Below, one piece after another: positions 9,764-19,096 of a DNA stretch of 64,000 nucleotides (positions within the stretch are counted from its first letter, which is position 1; every line of letters starts with the position of its first letter). Location of the stretch: the NCBI GenBank assembly GCA_038213805.1, contig JBBQSO010000003.1, positions 1 through 64,000 of the forward strand. Reading direction: 5' to 3'. A program made the position numbers and the translations under genes. The notes beneath the pieces were generated by a model. The model saw only the letters and a list, made by a program, of their open reading frames with translations, did no database searches and had not been told where the DNA came from. Origin of the DNA: Planctomycetota bacterium. GTDB taxonomy: Bacteria > Planctomycetota > UBA11346.

Positions 9764-9990
9764 GGCTGATGGCTGATGGCTGATGGCTGATGGCTGATAG
9801 CTGATGGCTGATAGCTGATAGCTGGCGGCTGGGGACCGGTATTCCACCTGAGCATCCCACGATCCGTGGGTGGGCTTAGCCGATGTAGGATAAAAGAAAG
9901 CGGACGGCGCACCTGGTGCCGCCGTCCGCCCTTGTGATCGGCTTGATGTCGGCTGTTGGCCATCAGCCATCAGCCATCAGCCATCAGCCA
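9764..9990. repeat. Inverted pair of heptamer arrays (RGCTGAT)x~9 ... (CATCAGC)x4
   Basis: Left arm 9764-9830, right arm 9961-9988; a terminator hairpin lies in the spacer. Confidence 0.9.
9892..9929 (-). terminator. Intrinsic terminator downstream of the 9994-11778 gene
   Basis: GC-rich stem GCGGACGGC...GCCGTCCGC followed on the minus strand by TTTCTTTT. Confidence 0.75.
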
Positions 9991-9993
9991 GCC

Positions 9994-11778
9994 TCAGCGA
10001 TGCCTGGGATGCGCGAAGATCCCAGCCAGCAGCTCCTCCACCTCAGGCTCGACGGCGACCGCATTGATGATGCGGTTGCGGCTCTGCAGGCCGACCCATT
10101 TCTCGAAGACGTGGGACTTGCCGTGGGTGATGGCGTGCTGGAACTCTTCCTCCATCACCGGAATCAGATTGACCATGCCGTTCTTGTCGGTGCGGCCGGT
10201 ACCTGAGAAGCGACTGGTCGCGGGACGCGACGGCTCGGGCTGACGCGCGGCAGCCGGCGAAGCGGCAGGGGCGCGCGGCGCCGGGGGCGCGACGGGCTTG
10301 GCCGGCGCGCGGGAAGCGGGCGGGACGACGGGCGCGGGGGCCTTGGCCTTCGCCACCGGCGCGGGTGCTGGGGGGCGGATGACCGGCGCGGGAGCAGGTA
10401 CGGAGAACACTGGTTCTACCGGCTTGCTCGAAGCGTCGTCCAACTCGAAGACCGGCGCGGGCGCCGGCTTGGCCTGCTTCTTGGTGATCGCGGCCTCGGG
10501 CTCGGCCGCGTCTGCGAGCGCGAACTCGACGGCGGGCGGAGCGATCTCGACGACCTCGGGAGCGGGCAGCTCCTCGGCGTCGTCGTGATCGCCGAAGGGA
10601 GACTCGGCGATCGGCGCCATCCCAGGCAGATCCGCTGCGATGATCTCGACGTCCTGAATCTCCTCGATATCGGTGAGCGGCACAGCCTCGGCTTCCGCAT
10701 CGGCACGCAGTGAGATCGGCTCGATGATCGCCGGGGCGATCGCCTCGTCGCTGGTCAGCAGATCGTCGATGTCCTGGATCTCGGGGACGATGTTGTCCGC
10801 CTGCGGATGCAGCGACGGGGTGCGTGAGGTCGGTATCGGCGAGGCCGGCGCGTTCACCGTCGGGTTGACCTTGGCGAGCATCTGCGTGACGCTCTTCGGC
10901 TCGACATCCTGCGTGAACGAGATGCTGGTGTCCTTGGCCACCACTTGGCCCGAGTAGTACTTCTCGATGCCCTGGGTGATCTCGGTGCGCGTCGCCACCA
11001 CCTTCTTGATGTCGAGCGAGGTCTTCGATTCGAGCAGGCGGATGGTGTCGACGTCGAGCGGGTTGACCATCGCCAGGGTCAGCAGACTGCCGAGCTTGTC
11101 GACCGGGAACACGCCGTAGTGCATCGCGTCGTCGCGGCTGATGGTGTCGAGCGCCTTCTTGCGGATCTCGTACTTGTCGACCTTGAGGTGCGGCACCCAG
11201 CATTCCTGGGTGAGCGCGTTGACCATCTGCTCCTCAGTCAGGAAGCCGAGCTGGACCGCGGCGGTGTCGATCGGCAGGTCCTCGCTACCAGCGCGATTCT
11301 TCACCTCGGCGACCTGGTCGTCGCTGAGCAGGCTGGCCTTGTTTTGCAGGAAATCGAGCAGCGCGTCGTCGCCGGTGCGACTGGGACCGGCGGCATGGCT
11401 GCCTTGGTTGAGGCCGCCGGCGAACTCGGGCGGACGGCTGGCGATGATCGGCTCGCGGCTCTTGGGGCGCGCGGGCGGGAGCACGACGTCATCGGACAGG
11501 TCGGAACCACCCCCATCATTGAGGTTGGCGATGTTGAGCGAATCCTCGACGGTCGCGGTCTGGGAGGAGTTCGGCAGCGTCTTGTTGCTAGTGGCGCGCA
11601 TGGTGCCCTGACGGACCACCGCGGATTTGTTCACCTGCGCGGTCGCCGTCGGAGCGGGTCCCGATGCGGTCTTCGCGCCGCCACCGGGGGCGACGATGCG
11701 CCGACTCTTCCGCTGGGAAATGGGCTGGGGCTCCACTTCCTTGGGGGCCTTGTTCTTCTTGCTGCCGAAAAAACCCAT
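9994..11778 (-). CDS. Protein with GspE/PilB N-terminal (MshEN/T2SSE_N-like) domain, no ATPase domain
   Basis: QLGFLTEEQMVNAL...YGVFPVDKLGSLLTLAMVNPLD..TI..LE..T.L.IK.VVA; acidic and Pro/Ala-rich tail; no Walker A. Confidence 0.75.
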   Translation of the reverse strand: MGFFGSKKNKAPKEVEPQPISQRKSRRIVAPGGGAKTASGPAPTATAQVNKSAVVRQGTMRATSNKTLPNSSQTATVEDSLNIANLNDGGGSDLSDDVVLPPARPKSREPIIASRPPEFAGGLNQGSHAAGPSRTGDDALLDFLQNKASLLSDDQVAEVKNRAGSEDLPIDTAAVQLGFLTEEQMVNALTQECWVPHLKVDKYEIRKKALDTISRDDAMHYGVFPVDKLGSLLTLAMVNPLDVDTIRLLESKTSLDIKKVVATRTEITQGIEKYYSGQVVAKDTSISFTQDVEPKSVTQMLAKVNPTVNAPASPIPTSRTPSLHPQADNIVPEIQDIDDLLTSDEAIAPAIIEPISLRADAEAEAVPLTDIEEIQDVEIIAADLPGMAPIAESPFGDHDDAEELPAPEVVEIAPPAVEFALADAAEPEAAITKKQAKPAPAPVFELDDASSKPVEPVFSVPAPAPVIRPPAPAPVAKAKAPAPVVPPASRAPAKPVAPPAPRAPAASPAAARQPEPSRPATSRFSGTGRTDKNGMVNLIPVMEEEFQHAITHGKSHVFEKWVGLQSRNRIINAVAVEPEVEELLAGIFAHPRHR

Positions 11779-12089
11779 GTGCGCTCCCGTCTGGCGCAGG
11801 TGCAGCGGCGCCCGGCGGGCGCTGGCTGGACCATGCGACGACGTCGGGAAGTGTGTCGGCATCCGTCCGGCTTAGAATCCCCAAAACCCCACCCAGCAAC
11901 CGCATGGGGGGTTTTCCGTATCACACTCAAACGCCGCCCGGCGCGCGAGCCGGCGTCTTTCCCGCTCGCCTTCCCCCCCTGCCGGAGCATTCTTGTCGGA
12001 CCTACCTGCGCCGGCCTAGTCACCATGAGGTGGCTTGCGGTCGACGAGCACAGCCCGGCATCGTGCCGGAAGCCCCTCCCGGAGCGTCC

Positions 12090-12989
12090 ATGGCGGTTCT
12101 CAATTTCGACATCAAGACCGTGACCCTGCCCAGCGGAGAAGAGTCCAAGGCGGTGTTCCTCACCGGTTCGATCGACGCGAGCACCAATCAGACCTTCGAA
12201 GGGCGCCTGAGCGACATCCTCTCCGCCGGCACGCACAACGTGATGCTGTTGCTGACCAACGTGAAGTACATCAACTCCACCGGGCTCGGCACGATCGTGA
12301 AGTGCGTCGACAACTTCCGCGAGAAGGGTGGCGACATCAAGCTGGTCGGCGTCCCGACCAAGGTCATCGCGCTCTTCGAGATGCTCGGCCTGCTCGCCCT
12401 GTTCGAGACCCACGAGACCATCGAGGCCGCGGTCGCCAGCTTCGGCAAGAAGGCCGCCAAGGCCCAGGCCCAGCCCACCGCCAAGTTCCCCATCCAGTTC
12501 AAGCATCCCATCACCGGCATGGGCCTGAACATCAGCCAGCCCGGCCGCTTCAAGGACCCGCGCAGCGGCGACTACTTCAGCATCGACCAGAACGGTACCA
12601 TCGAGTTCTACGAGATGTCCAAGGTCAAGATGATCGAGGCCAAGCTGCCCGCCGACCTCGACTTCGCCGCCGGCTTGGCCTCGCTCGCCGGCGCCCTGGC
12701 CACGCGCCTGCGTCTTCCCGCGGACGTCACCTCGCACATCCAGCGTGGGCTCACCGACGCGGCGGCGATCATCCGCAAGCACGCCAACGACGCCAACGAG
12801 ACCTTCAACGTGCTGCTGGTCGGCGATCAGGACAAGCTCCAGATCGGTATCGTCGGCTACGGCAACGCCCTCAACTTCCGCCCCGACGACGCCGGCCTCA
12901 AGGCCCTCGAGTCAAACATGGACGAGGTCAAGCATCAGGTGCTGTCGACGCGCGGCTACCTGCTGACGATGACCAAGCGCGTGCGCTGA
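12090..12989 (+). CDS. STAS anti-sigma-factor antagonist fused to a degenerate anti-sigma/HATPase-like domain
   Basis: LTGSIDAST, VKYINSTGLG, LFEMLGL (STAS). The C-terminus resembles the RsbW/SpoIIAB fold (LPAD..., GL....MDEV, LTMTK). ATG at 12090 after GGAG. Confidence 0.75.
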   Translation: MAVLNFDIKTVTLPSGEESKAVFLTGSIDASTNQTFEGRLSDILSAGTHNVMLLLTNVKYINSTGLGTIVKCVDNFREKGGDIKLVGVPTKVIALFEMLGLLALFETHETIEAAVASFGKKAAKAQAQPTAKFPIQFKHPITGMGLNISQPGRFKDPRSGDYFSIDQNGTIEFYEMSKVKMIEAKLPADLDFAAGLASLAGALATRLRLPADVTSHIQRGLTDAAAIIRKHANDANETFNVLLVGDQDKLQIGIVGYGNALNFRPDDAGLKALESNMDEVKHQVLSTRGYLLTMTKRVR

Positions 12990-13059
12990 GCCTCAACCGG
13001 CCTGAAACACAGAAACCCGGCCATGCGGCCGGGTTTCTGTGTTTCAGGCCGGTTGAGGC
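12990..13059. terminator. Perfect 33-bp inverted repeat (hairpin, probable terminator)
   Basis: GCCTCAACCGGCCTGAAACACAGAAACCCGGCC-atgc-exact reverse complement, starting immediately after the stop codon. Confidence 0.8.
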
Positions 13060-13060
13060 G

Positions 13061-13188
13061 GTCCGGAAGTCCGGAAGTCCGGAAGTCCGGAAGTCTAGTT
13101 AGCCCGCGCGGCAGCGCCGCAGGCGACCACCTCCGGAGTACCGCGGCTGTCCGACATTCGGACTCCCGGACTTCCGGACTTCCGGACT
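13061..13188. repeat. Inverted pair of octamer arrays (GTCCGGAA)x4 ... (GGACTTCC)x3-4
   Basis: Left arm 13061-13095, right arm 13160-13188. Confidence 0.9.
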
Positions 13189-13198
13189 GTCCCCCCCC

Positions 13199-13681
13199 AT
13201 GCTCCCCCCCGACGATCACCACTTCATGACCCAGGCCCTGGACGAGGCGCGCGCCGCCGCCGGCGAGGGCGAGGTGCCGGTCGGCGCGGTGGTGGTTTGC
13301 GACGGGCGCATCATCGGCCGTGGACGCAACGCCTGCGAAACCCTGCAGGACGCCACCGCGCATGCCGAGATGATCGCCATCGGCGCCGCCAGCCGTTCGT
13401 TGGGCAGCTGGCGCCTTGAGGACTGCACCCTCTACGTGACCCTCGAACCCTGCCCGATGTGCCTCGGCGCCTGCCTCAACGCGCGCGTCCGGCGCGTCGT
13501 CTATGGCGCCTTCGAACCCAAGGCCGGGGCCTGCGGCAGCGTCGTCGACCTGCGCGCTCCGCCCGGCTTCAACCATCGCCTCGAGGTCCTTGGCGGAATC
13601 GGGGCCGATGCGTCGAGCGCCTTGCTCAAGGATTTCTTCCGGACCCTGCGCGCCAGCCGCCGGGATCGCACAGAGCCTTGA
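13199..13681 (+). CDS. tadA: tRNA adenosine(34) deaminase
   Basis: GEVPVGAV, DATAHAEM, LYVTLEPCPMC, NHR. Confidence 0.92.
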   Translation: MLPPDDHHFMTQALDEARAAAGEGEVPVGAVVVCDGRIIGRGRNACETLQDATAHAEMIAIGAASRSLGSWRLEDCTLYVTLEPCPMCLGACLNARVRRVVYGAFEPKAGACGSVVDLRAPPGFNHRLEVLGGIGADASSALLKDFFRTLRASRRDRTEP

Positions 13682-13727
13682 CGGCTCGCGCATTGCAGCG
13701 AGCGCCGGGGTCCTAGAGTCCCGCCCC

Positions 13728-15089
13728 ATGCTCACCGAGATCACGTCCAGCGACGCCGCCTTCAGCGACCTGGTCGGAGCCACCCACCAGCGCTTCCAGC
13801 GCCTGGTCGCAGAAGCCGAGGCCAAGGCCCGGCCGTTCTATGCGCGCGTGCTCGGCCGCGAGGCCTCGATCAACGAGGTGATCGGCGAGGTTTTCGACGC
13901 CGTCGCCCGCGATGGCGACGCGGCGGTCGTGGACTACACCCGGAAATTCGACGGCGTCAGCCTGCCCGTGGACAGCCTACGCATCCCCGACGACGACCTG
14001 GTGGACGCCTGGAACCATTGCGGACGCGCCCTGCGGGGCGCCATCACCTTCGCCATCCGCCAGGTCGAGACCTACCAGCGCCGGCTGCTACCGCGCAGCT
14101 TCGGCACCAACCTGGACGAGCCGCTGGGCGTGCGCTGGACGCCCCTCAAGCGCGTCGGCGGCTACATCCCCGGCGGTCCCAAGGGCACCCTGCCGCTGTT
14201 CTCGACGGTGATCATGAACCTGGTCCCGGCGCGCGTCGCCGGGGTCGAGCAGCTGGTTTTGGTGACGCCGCCGCGCAGCGACGGCTCGGTCGCGCCCGAG
14301 CTGCTCGCCGCCGCGCACGCGGTGGGCGTGACCGAGGCCTACCGGGTCGGCGGCATCCCGGCGATCGCCGCCCTGGCCTGCGGCACCACCAGCCTGCCCA
14401 AGGTCGACAAGATCGTCGGGCCCGGCAACCTCTACGTGACCCTTGCCAAGCGCCACGCCTACGGCCGCGTCGACATCGACATGCTCGCCGGCCCCAGTGA
14501 GGTGCTGATCATTGCCGACGACTCGGCGAACCCGGCCTTCGTTGCCGCCGACCTGCTCTCGCAGGCCGAGCATGACGTGCTGGCGATGAGCGTGTGCCTG
14601 GCGGTCGGCCCGGGGATCGCCTCGGCGGTACAGCGTGCGCTCAGCGACCAGCTCGACAGCCTGCCCGAGGTGCGCCAAGCGGTGGCACGCGAAAGCATCG
14701 CACGCTTTGGCCGCCTGGTGCGCTGCAAGGACGTTGACGAGGCCGCGCAGATCGCCAACCGCATCGCCCCCGAGCACCTTGAGGTGATGGTGCGCAACCC
14801 GCGTGCGCTGCTGCCCAAGCTGCGCAACGCCGGCGCGATCTTCGTCGGCGACTGGTCGCCAGAGCCGATCGGCGACTACGTCGCCGGCCCCAGCCACACC
14901 CTGCCCACCGGCGGCACCGCGCGCATGTGGTCGGGGATCGGCGCCGACACCTTCCTGCGCCGCACCTCGATCATCAACTTCGCCGAGACCGATTTCCGCC
15001 ACTGCGCGGACGCCGGCATCGCCATGGCGCGTAGCGAGGGCATGGAGGCGCACGCGCGCGCCATCGAGATCCGCTTGAAGCCCGGCTGA
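13728..15089 (+). CDS. hisD: Histidinol dehydrogenase
   Basis: GDAAV..YT.KFD, KIVGPGN.YV.AK, IDMLAGPSE, DLLSQAEHD, APEHLE, GDYVAGPSHTLPT. Confidence 0.93.
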   Translation: MLTEITSSDAAFSDLVGATHQRFQRLVAEAEAKARPFYARVLGREASINEVIGEVFDAVARDGDAAVVDYTRKFDGVSLPVDSLRIPDDDLVDAWNHCGRALRGAITFAIRQVETYQRRLLPRSFGTNLDEPLGVRWTPLKRVGGYIPGGPKGTLPLFSTVIMNLVPARVAGVEQLVLVTPPRSDGSVAPELLAAAHAVGVTEAYRVGGIPAIAALACGTTSLPKVDKIVGPGNLYVTLAKRHAYGRVDIDMLAGPSEVLIIADDSANPAFVAADLLSQAEHDVLAMSVCLAVGPGIASAVQRALSDQLDSLPEVRQAVARESIARFGRLVRCKDVDEAAQIANRIAPEHLEVMVRNPRALLPKLRNAGAIFVGDWSPEPIGDYVAGPSHTLPTGGTARMWSGIGADTFLRRTSIINFAETDFRHCADAGIAMARSEGMEAHARAIEIRLKPG

Positions 15090-15102
15090 AGGGCGTTCCA
15101 GC

Positions 15103-15393
15103 ATGTGCGAGCGCTGCGATCCCTTTTACAAGACCGTTCCGGTCGGCGGCGGCGCAGCTTGGCGCGACCAGGTCGCCCGCCTGCAAGGCGCGATCGCCGA
15201 CGGCATCCTTGAGGACATGGGTGGCAGCCCACCCTGGCCCGCAGTCGCGGCGGCCGCCGCCAGCGCGACCCCGGCGACCATGGGCTGCGTTCGCCTGACC
15301 TTCGCGTGCGCGACCTGCGCCCAGGTGTTCCTGCTCGAACGCGGCGGCTGCGGGCCATTCGGCGACCAGTGGCGCGCGCTGTACGGGAATTGA
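15103..15393 (+). CDS. Small putative zinc-binding protein (CxxC...CxxC)
   Basis: MCERC... and FACATC; fills the hisD-nth gap, with its stop 2 nt before the nth start. Confidence 0.55.
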   Translation: MCERCDPFYKTVPVGGGAAWRDQVARLQGAIADGILEDMGGSPPWPAVAAAAASATPATMGCVRLTFACATCAQVFLLERGGCGPFGDQWRALYGN

Positions 15394-15395
15394 CC

Positions 15396-16079
15396 GTGCC
15401 CGCGCGTCGCACCCCGACCCCGCAGCAGCCCCGGCTTTATGGTCCTCTCGCCAGCGCCTCGGTCGCGGCCATCTTCGACACCCTGGCCGCGACCATCGAG
15501 CCGCGCACCGAGCTCGAATACCGGACCCCCTTCCAGCTGCTGGTCGCGGTCGTGATGTCGGCGCAGGCCACCGACAAGTCGGTGAACGCCGCGACCAGGA
15601 AGCTGTTCCCGGTCGCGGGCACGCCGCAGGCCGTCCTCGACCTCGGCCTGGCCGGGCTGAAAGCACACATCCGCACCATCGGCCTGTACAACACCAAGGC
15701 GACGAACGTCATCGCTCTGTGCCGGCAGCTCCTCGACCTGCACGGCGGCGAGGTCCCACACGAGCGCGCCGCACTGGAGGCCCTGCCCGGGGTCGGCCGC
15801 AAGACCGCGAACGTGGTGCTGAACGTGGTCTTCGGCGAGCCCACCATCGCCGTCGACACACACGTGCAGCGCGTCGCCAACCGCATGGGCATCGCCATCA
15901 CGACCAGACCCGAACAGACCGAGCAGGTGCTGCTGGAACGCACGCCACAGCGCCATCTCCAGCACGCCCACCACTACCTGATCCTGCACGGGCGCTACCG
16001 CTGCACGGCGCGCGCGCCGCGCTGCACTGACTGCCCGGTCAGGAAGTGGTGTACATTCCCGGACAAGACCCAGGGCTGA
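15396..16079 (+). CDS. nth: Endonuclease III
   Basis: LLVAVVMSAQATD, HhH LPGVGRKTAN, AVDTHV, Fe-S motif CTARAPRCTDCPVRKWC. Confidence 0.95.
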   Translation: MPARRTPTPQQPRLYGPLASASVAAIFDTLAATIEPRTELEYRTPFQLLVAVVMSAQATDKSVNAATRKLFPVAGTPQAVLDLGLAGLKAHIRTIGLYNTKATNVIALCRQLLDLHGGEVPHERAALEALPGVGRKTANVVLNVVFGEPTIAVDTHVQRVANRMGIAITTRPEQTEQVLLERTPQRHLQHAHHYLILHGRYRCTARAPRCTDCPVRKWCTFPDKTQG

Positions 16080-16111
16080 CGGCTTCGAATGCCCGTCGAA
16101 AACGCCGACGC

Positions 16112-16777
16112 TCAGCGGCGCGAATCGCCCAGCAGCAGTTCCAGCTCCGCACGCGCCTCGATCAATGATGGGCAAATGCGCCACGCCCGCGCGCGCGTCA
16201 CGTCGTCCGGCTGCTTGAGGTCGGGGACCATGATCGCCGTCATGCCAGCGGCCTGCGCGGCGGCGATGCCCGGTTCGGAGTCCTCGAGCGCTGCACAAGC
16301 GGCCGGTGGCACACCCAGCGCCGCCGCGGCGGCCAGGTAGATCTCCGGATCGGGCTTGCCGCGACTGACCTGATCGCCGGTGATCACCGCGTGGAAGCGC
16401 GCGGCGACCGGGCCGAGGGTGCGCAGCGCGTCACTGCGGATGCTCGAGGTCGCGATGGCGCGCGGAATCCCGCGGTCCTCCAGCCAGCTGATCAGCGCCA
16501 GCGCACCTGCTTTGGGCAATGCGCCGCCGGTGCTCGCCAGCCGGTGGTGCTCGGCGCGCCAGGCGCTGCGGAAAACCACGACATCAAGCGCGAAGCGCGC
16601 GGCCACGTCGGCCTCGCTGACCGCTATGCGCCGCCCGATGAGGGTCGCGAAGTAGGCATCGTCCAGGTCATGGCCGAGCGCGCGCGCCGCGGCCTGCCAA
16701 GCGCTGCGCGTCAGCACCTCCGAATCGAAGAGCAGGCCGTCGAGATCGCAGATCACGGCGCGTAAGGCTGGGCGCAT
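16112..16777 (-). CDS. HAD-superfamily phosphatase (beta-PGM/CbbY-like)
   Basis: CDLDGLLFDSE, ATSS, KPDPEIY, LEDS..GI.AA.AAGM. Confidence 0.9.
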   Translation of the reverse strand: MRPALRAVICDLDGLLFDSEVLTRSAWQAAARALGHDLDDAYFATLIGRRIAVSEADVAARFALDVVVFRSAWRAEHHRLASTGGALPKAGALALISWLEDRGIPRAIATSSIRSDALRTLGPVAARFHAVITGDQVSRGKPDPEIYLAAAAALGVPPAACAALEDSEPGIAAAQAAGMTAIMVPDLKQPDDVTRARAWRICPSLIEARAELELLLGDSRR

Positions 16778-16938
16778 GGGCTCGGTTCCTGAACGCCGGG
16801 CAGGCGGCGGCGCGCAGCCTGCCCACCTGCGCGCACCTGCCAAGTGAGAGTGGGATCCCGGAGCGCCGCGCGGGCCCTCCCACTACGCGCAGCCGCTGCG
16901 CCCGCTCGATCAAGATGTTCAAGTGTATGAAGTAACAG

Positions 16939-16982
16939 GACTTACGGACTACCTGACTCCGGGACTTCAAGACTTCCGGACC
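16939..16982. repeat. Degenerate single octamer array (GGACTnnn)x5-6
   Basis: ggacttac ggactacc tgactccg ggacttca agacttcc ggac. Confidence 0.6.
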
Positions 16983-17041
16983 CCGCACCGCCCCACTCGA
17001 AGCTTCTTGACCCAATCTTAACAACCGATGGGATGCCGCCC

Positions 17042-17680
17042 ATGTCATTCCAGAACCTGCTCCGCTGGCTGCTCCCCAAAGAAGACCATTTCTACGACTT
17101 CCTGGAGCGCCAGGCAGTGGTGGCCAGGGACGCCGCCAAAGTCCTGGCCGGCTTCAAGGACAGCGGCGACGCCGTGGTCATCCGCGACCGCGTCCAGGAT
17201 CTCGAGCACCAGGGCGATCGCATCGTCCACGAGATGCTCGAGGCGCTCGGTCGCACCTTCGTCACCCCCATCGACCGTGAGGACCTGCAGAAACTCTCCA
17301 AGCGCCTCGACGACATCCTCGACTTCGCCAACGCCGCCGCGCGCGCCTGCGTGCTGTTCGGCGTCGAGAAGCCGACCTCGTCGATGATCCTGCTCTCGGA
17401 CAAACTGGTCGAATGCACCACCGTGCTCGCCGACACCATCCCGCATCTGCGCACCCAGTCCTACGACGCGGTCACGGCCGGCGCGGCGCGCGTCACCCAG
17501 CTCGAGAAGGACGGCGACGTGGTGTTCCGCGACGCCATCAGCAAGCTCTTCCACGATCCCAGCATCGACGCAAAAGACATCCTGCGCGAGCGCGAGGTGC
17601 TCGACGACCTCGAGAAGGCCGTCAACCGCTGCGAACAGGTCGCCGACGCCCTGACCTCGCTCGCCGTCAAGCATGCCTGA
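17042..17680 (+). CDS. DUF47 (PhoU-like) phosphate transport regulator
   Basis: LLPKED.FY, LEHQGD, TFVTPIDRED, LDDI.D, LEK.GD; directly upstream of pit. Confidence 0.9.
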   Translation: MSFQNLLRWLLPKEDHFYDFLERQAVVARDAAKVLAGFKDSGDAVVIRDRVQDLEHQGDRIVHEMLEALGRTFVTPIDREDLQKLSKRLDDILDFANAAARACVLFGVEKPTSSMILLSDKLVECTTVLADTIPHLRTQSYDAVTAGAARVTQLEKDGDVVFRDAISKLFHDPSIDAKDILREREVLDDLEKAVNRCEQVADALTSLAVKHA

Positions 17681-17689
17681 GCAGCGCCC

Positions 17690-18937
17690 ATGCTGAGCCT
17701 CATCATTCTGGTCGTCGTAGTCGCGCTGTTGTTCGACTTCATCAACGGCTTCCACGACGCCGCCAACGCGGTCGCGACCAGCGTGTCGACCGGCGTGATG
17801 TCGGTGCGCACGGCGGTCATCGTCTCGGGGCTGTGCAATTTCCTGGGCGCGCTCTCCGGCACCGCCGTCGCTTCGTTTATCGCCTCGGGGCTTGTCCACG
17901 ACGCCGGTCTGGTGACCCCGCTGGTGGTGCTCGCCGCGCTTATCGGCGCCAGCACCTGGAATTTGCTGACCTGGTGGTGGGGCATCCCCTCGAGCTCGTC
18001 GCACGCATTGGTCGGCGGCCTGGCCGGAGCGGTAGTTGGCTTCGCGGGCACCGGCGCCTTCGTGTGGACCAAGCTGATCGACAAGGTGCTGATACCGCTC
18101 GTGCAGTCACCGCTGATCGGTTTCGCCCTGGCCTTCGTGGTCATGGTGGTGGCCATGTGGATCTGCCGGCGCCTGCGCCCGCACCTGGTCACCAACGGCT
18201 CACGGGTATTGCAGTTCGTTTCGGCCTGCACGCTGTCCTATGCGCATGGCCAGAACGACGCGCAAAAGGTCATGGGCGTCATCGCCCTGACCCTGACCGC
18301 CGCACTCGCCGGTTGGGGGCTCAAACCGCTGATCGTACCGGCCCGCGGTGCGGCACCGACGGACCATGCCGCGACCATCGCCCAGTATCAGGCGCAGGCC
18401 TCGGCCTCCGGCAAGCCCCTCACCATCCAGCGCACCGACGCAGGCGCCCTGCACACCGCACTCCAGGCCTCTGCAGCACCGGACATCGTCAAGACCTCCT
18501 ACGACCTGATCATGCCGACGGTCCACCTCGAGAAGGACAAGACCAGCAAGGACGGCAAGGGCCTGAAGGAGGCAACTGACATACCGCTGTGGGCGATCGT
18601 CGCCTGCGCCATGGCGATGTGCCTGGGCACCATCGCCGGCGGCAAGAAGATCATCAAGACCATGGGCACCAAGATCATCAAAGTCTCGCCGCTGCAGGGT
18701 TTCGCCGCCCAGGTCAGCGGCACCGCGGTGATCATGGTGATGAGCGCCGCCGGCACGCCGCTCTCGACCACCCACTGCATCACCGCCAGCATCATGGGCG
18801 CCGGCACCACCAAGGGCCTCGCCGCGGTGCGCTGGGGCACCGCCCTGAACATCATCATCGCCTGGGTGCTGACCCTGCCGGCCAGTGCGCTGGTGGCGTG
18901 GCTGGCGATTCAGGCACTGAAGGCGTGCTTCGGCTGA
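17690..18937 (+). CDS. pitA: Inorganic phosphate transporter (PiT family)
   Basis: FDFINGFHDAANAVAT, GIPSSSSHAL, HGQNDAQK, PLSTTH, AWVLTLP. Confidence 0.92.
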   Translation: MLSLIILVVVVALLFDFINGFHDAANAVATSVSTGVMSVRTAVIVSGLCNFLGALSGTAVASFIASGLVHDAGLVTPLVVLAALIGASTWNLLTWWWGIPSSSSHALVGGLAGAVVGFAGTGAFVWTKLIDKVLIPLVQSPLIGFALAFVVMVVAMWICRRLRPHLVTNGSRVLQFVSACTLSYAHGQNDAQKVMGVIALTLTAALAGWGLKPLIVPARGAAPTDHAATIAQYQAQASASGKPLTIQRTDAGALHTALQASAAPDIVKTSYDLIMPTVHLEKDKTSKDGKGLKEATDIPLWAIVACAMAMCLGTIAGGKKIIKTMGTKIIKVSPLQGFAAQVSGTAVIMVMSAAGTPLSTTHCITASIMGAGTTKGLAAVRWGTALNIIIAWVLTLPASALVAWLAIQALKACFG

Positions 18938-19096
18938 TGACGGATAACCTAAATCTGACGACTGGCAGCTGACGGATCTTGGCCCAGGGTTGGCGATGGC
19001 CGCAACGCCCCACGAGATCCAACACATGTTGCGAATCGGCGCGCAGCGTCGGTTCCAGCTGACAGTCGCCAGCCGTCAGCCGTCAGCCGTCAGCCG
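18932..19096. repeat. Degenerate inverted heptamer pair between convergent pit and glgB
   Basis: GGCTGAT...ctgacg...gctgacg on the left; (CGTCAGC)x3 on the right, overlapping the glgB stop. Confidence 0.65.

Noticed and set aside
9719..9970. N-terminal extension of tgt and ORFs with SAISHQP repeats (also 6569-7579)
   Set aside because: Translation of the non-coding heptamer arrays on their stop-free strand.
11664..12089. N-terminal extensions in the ORF track (STAS fusion; likewise hisD 13503, 44190, 50800, 57223)
   Set aside because: They overlap neighbouring genes or promoters; better starts with an RBS or -10 signal lie downstream.
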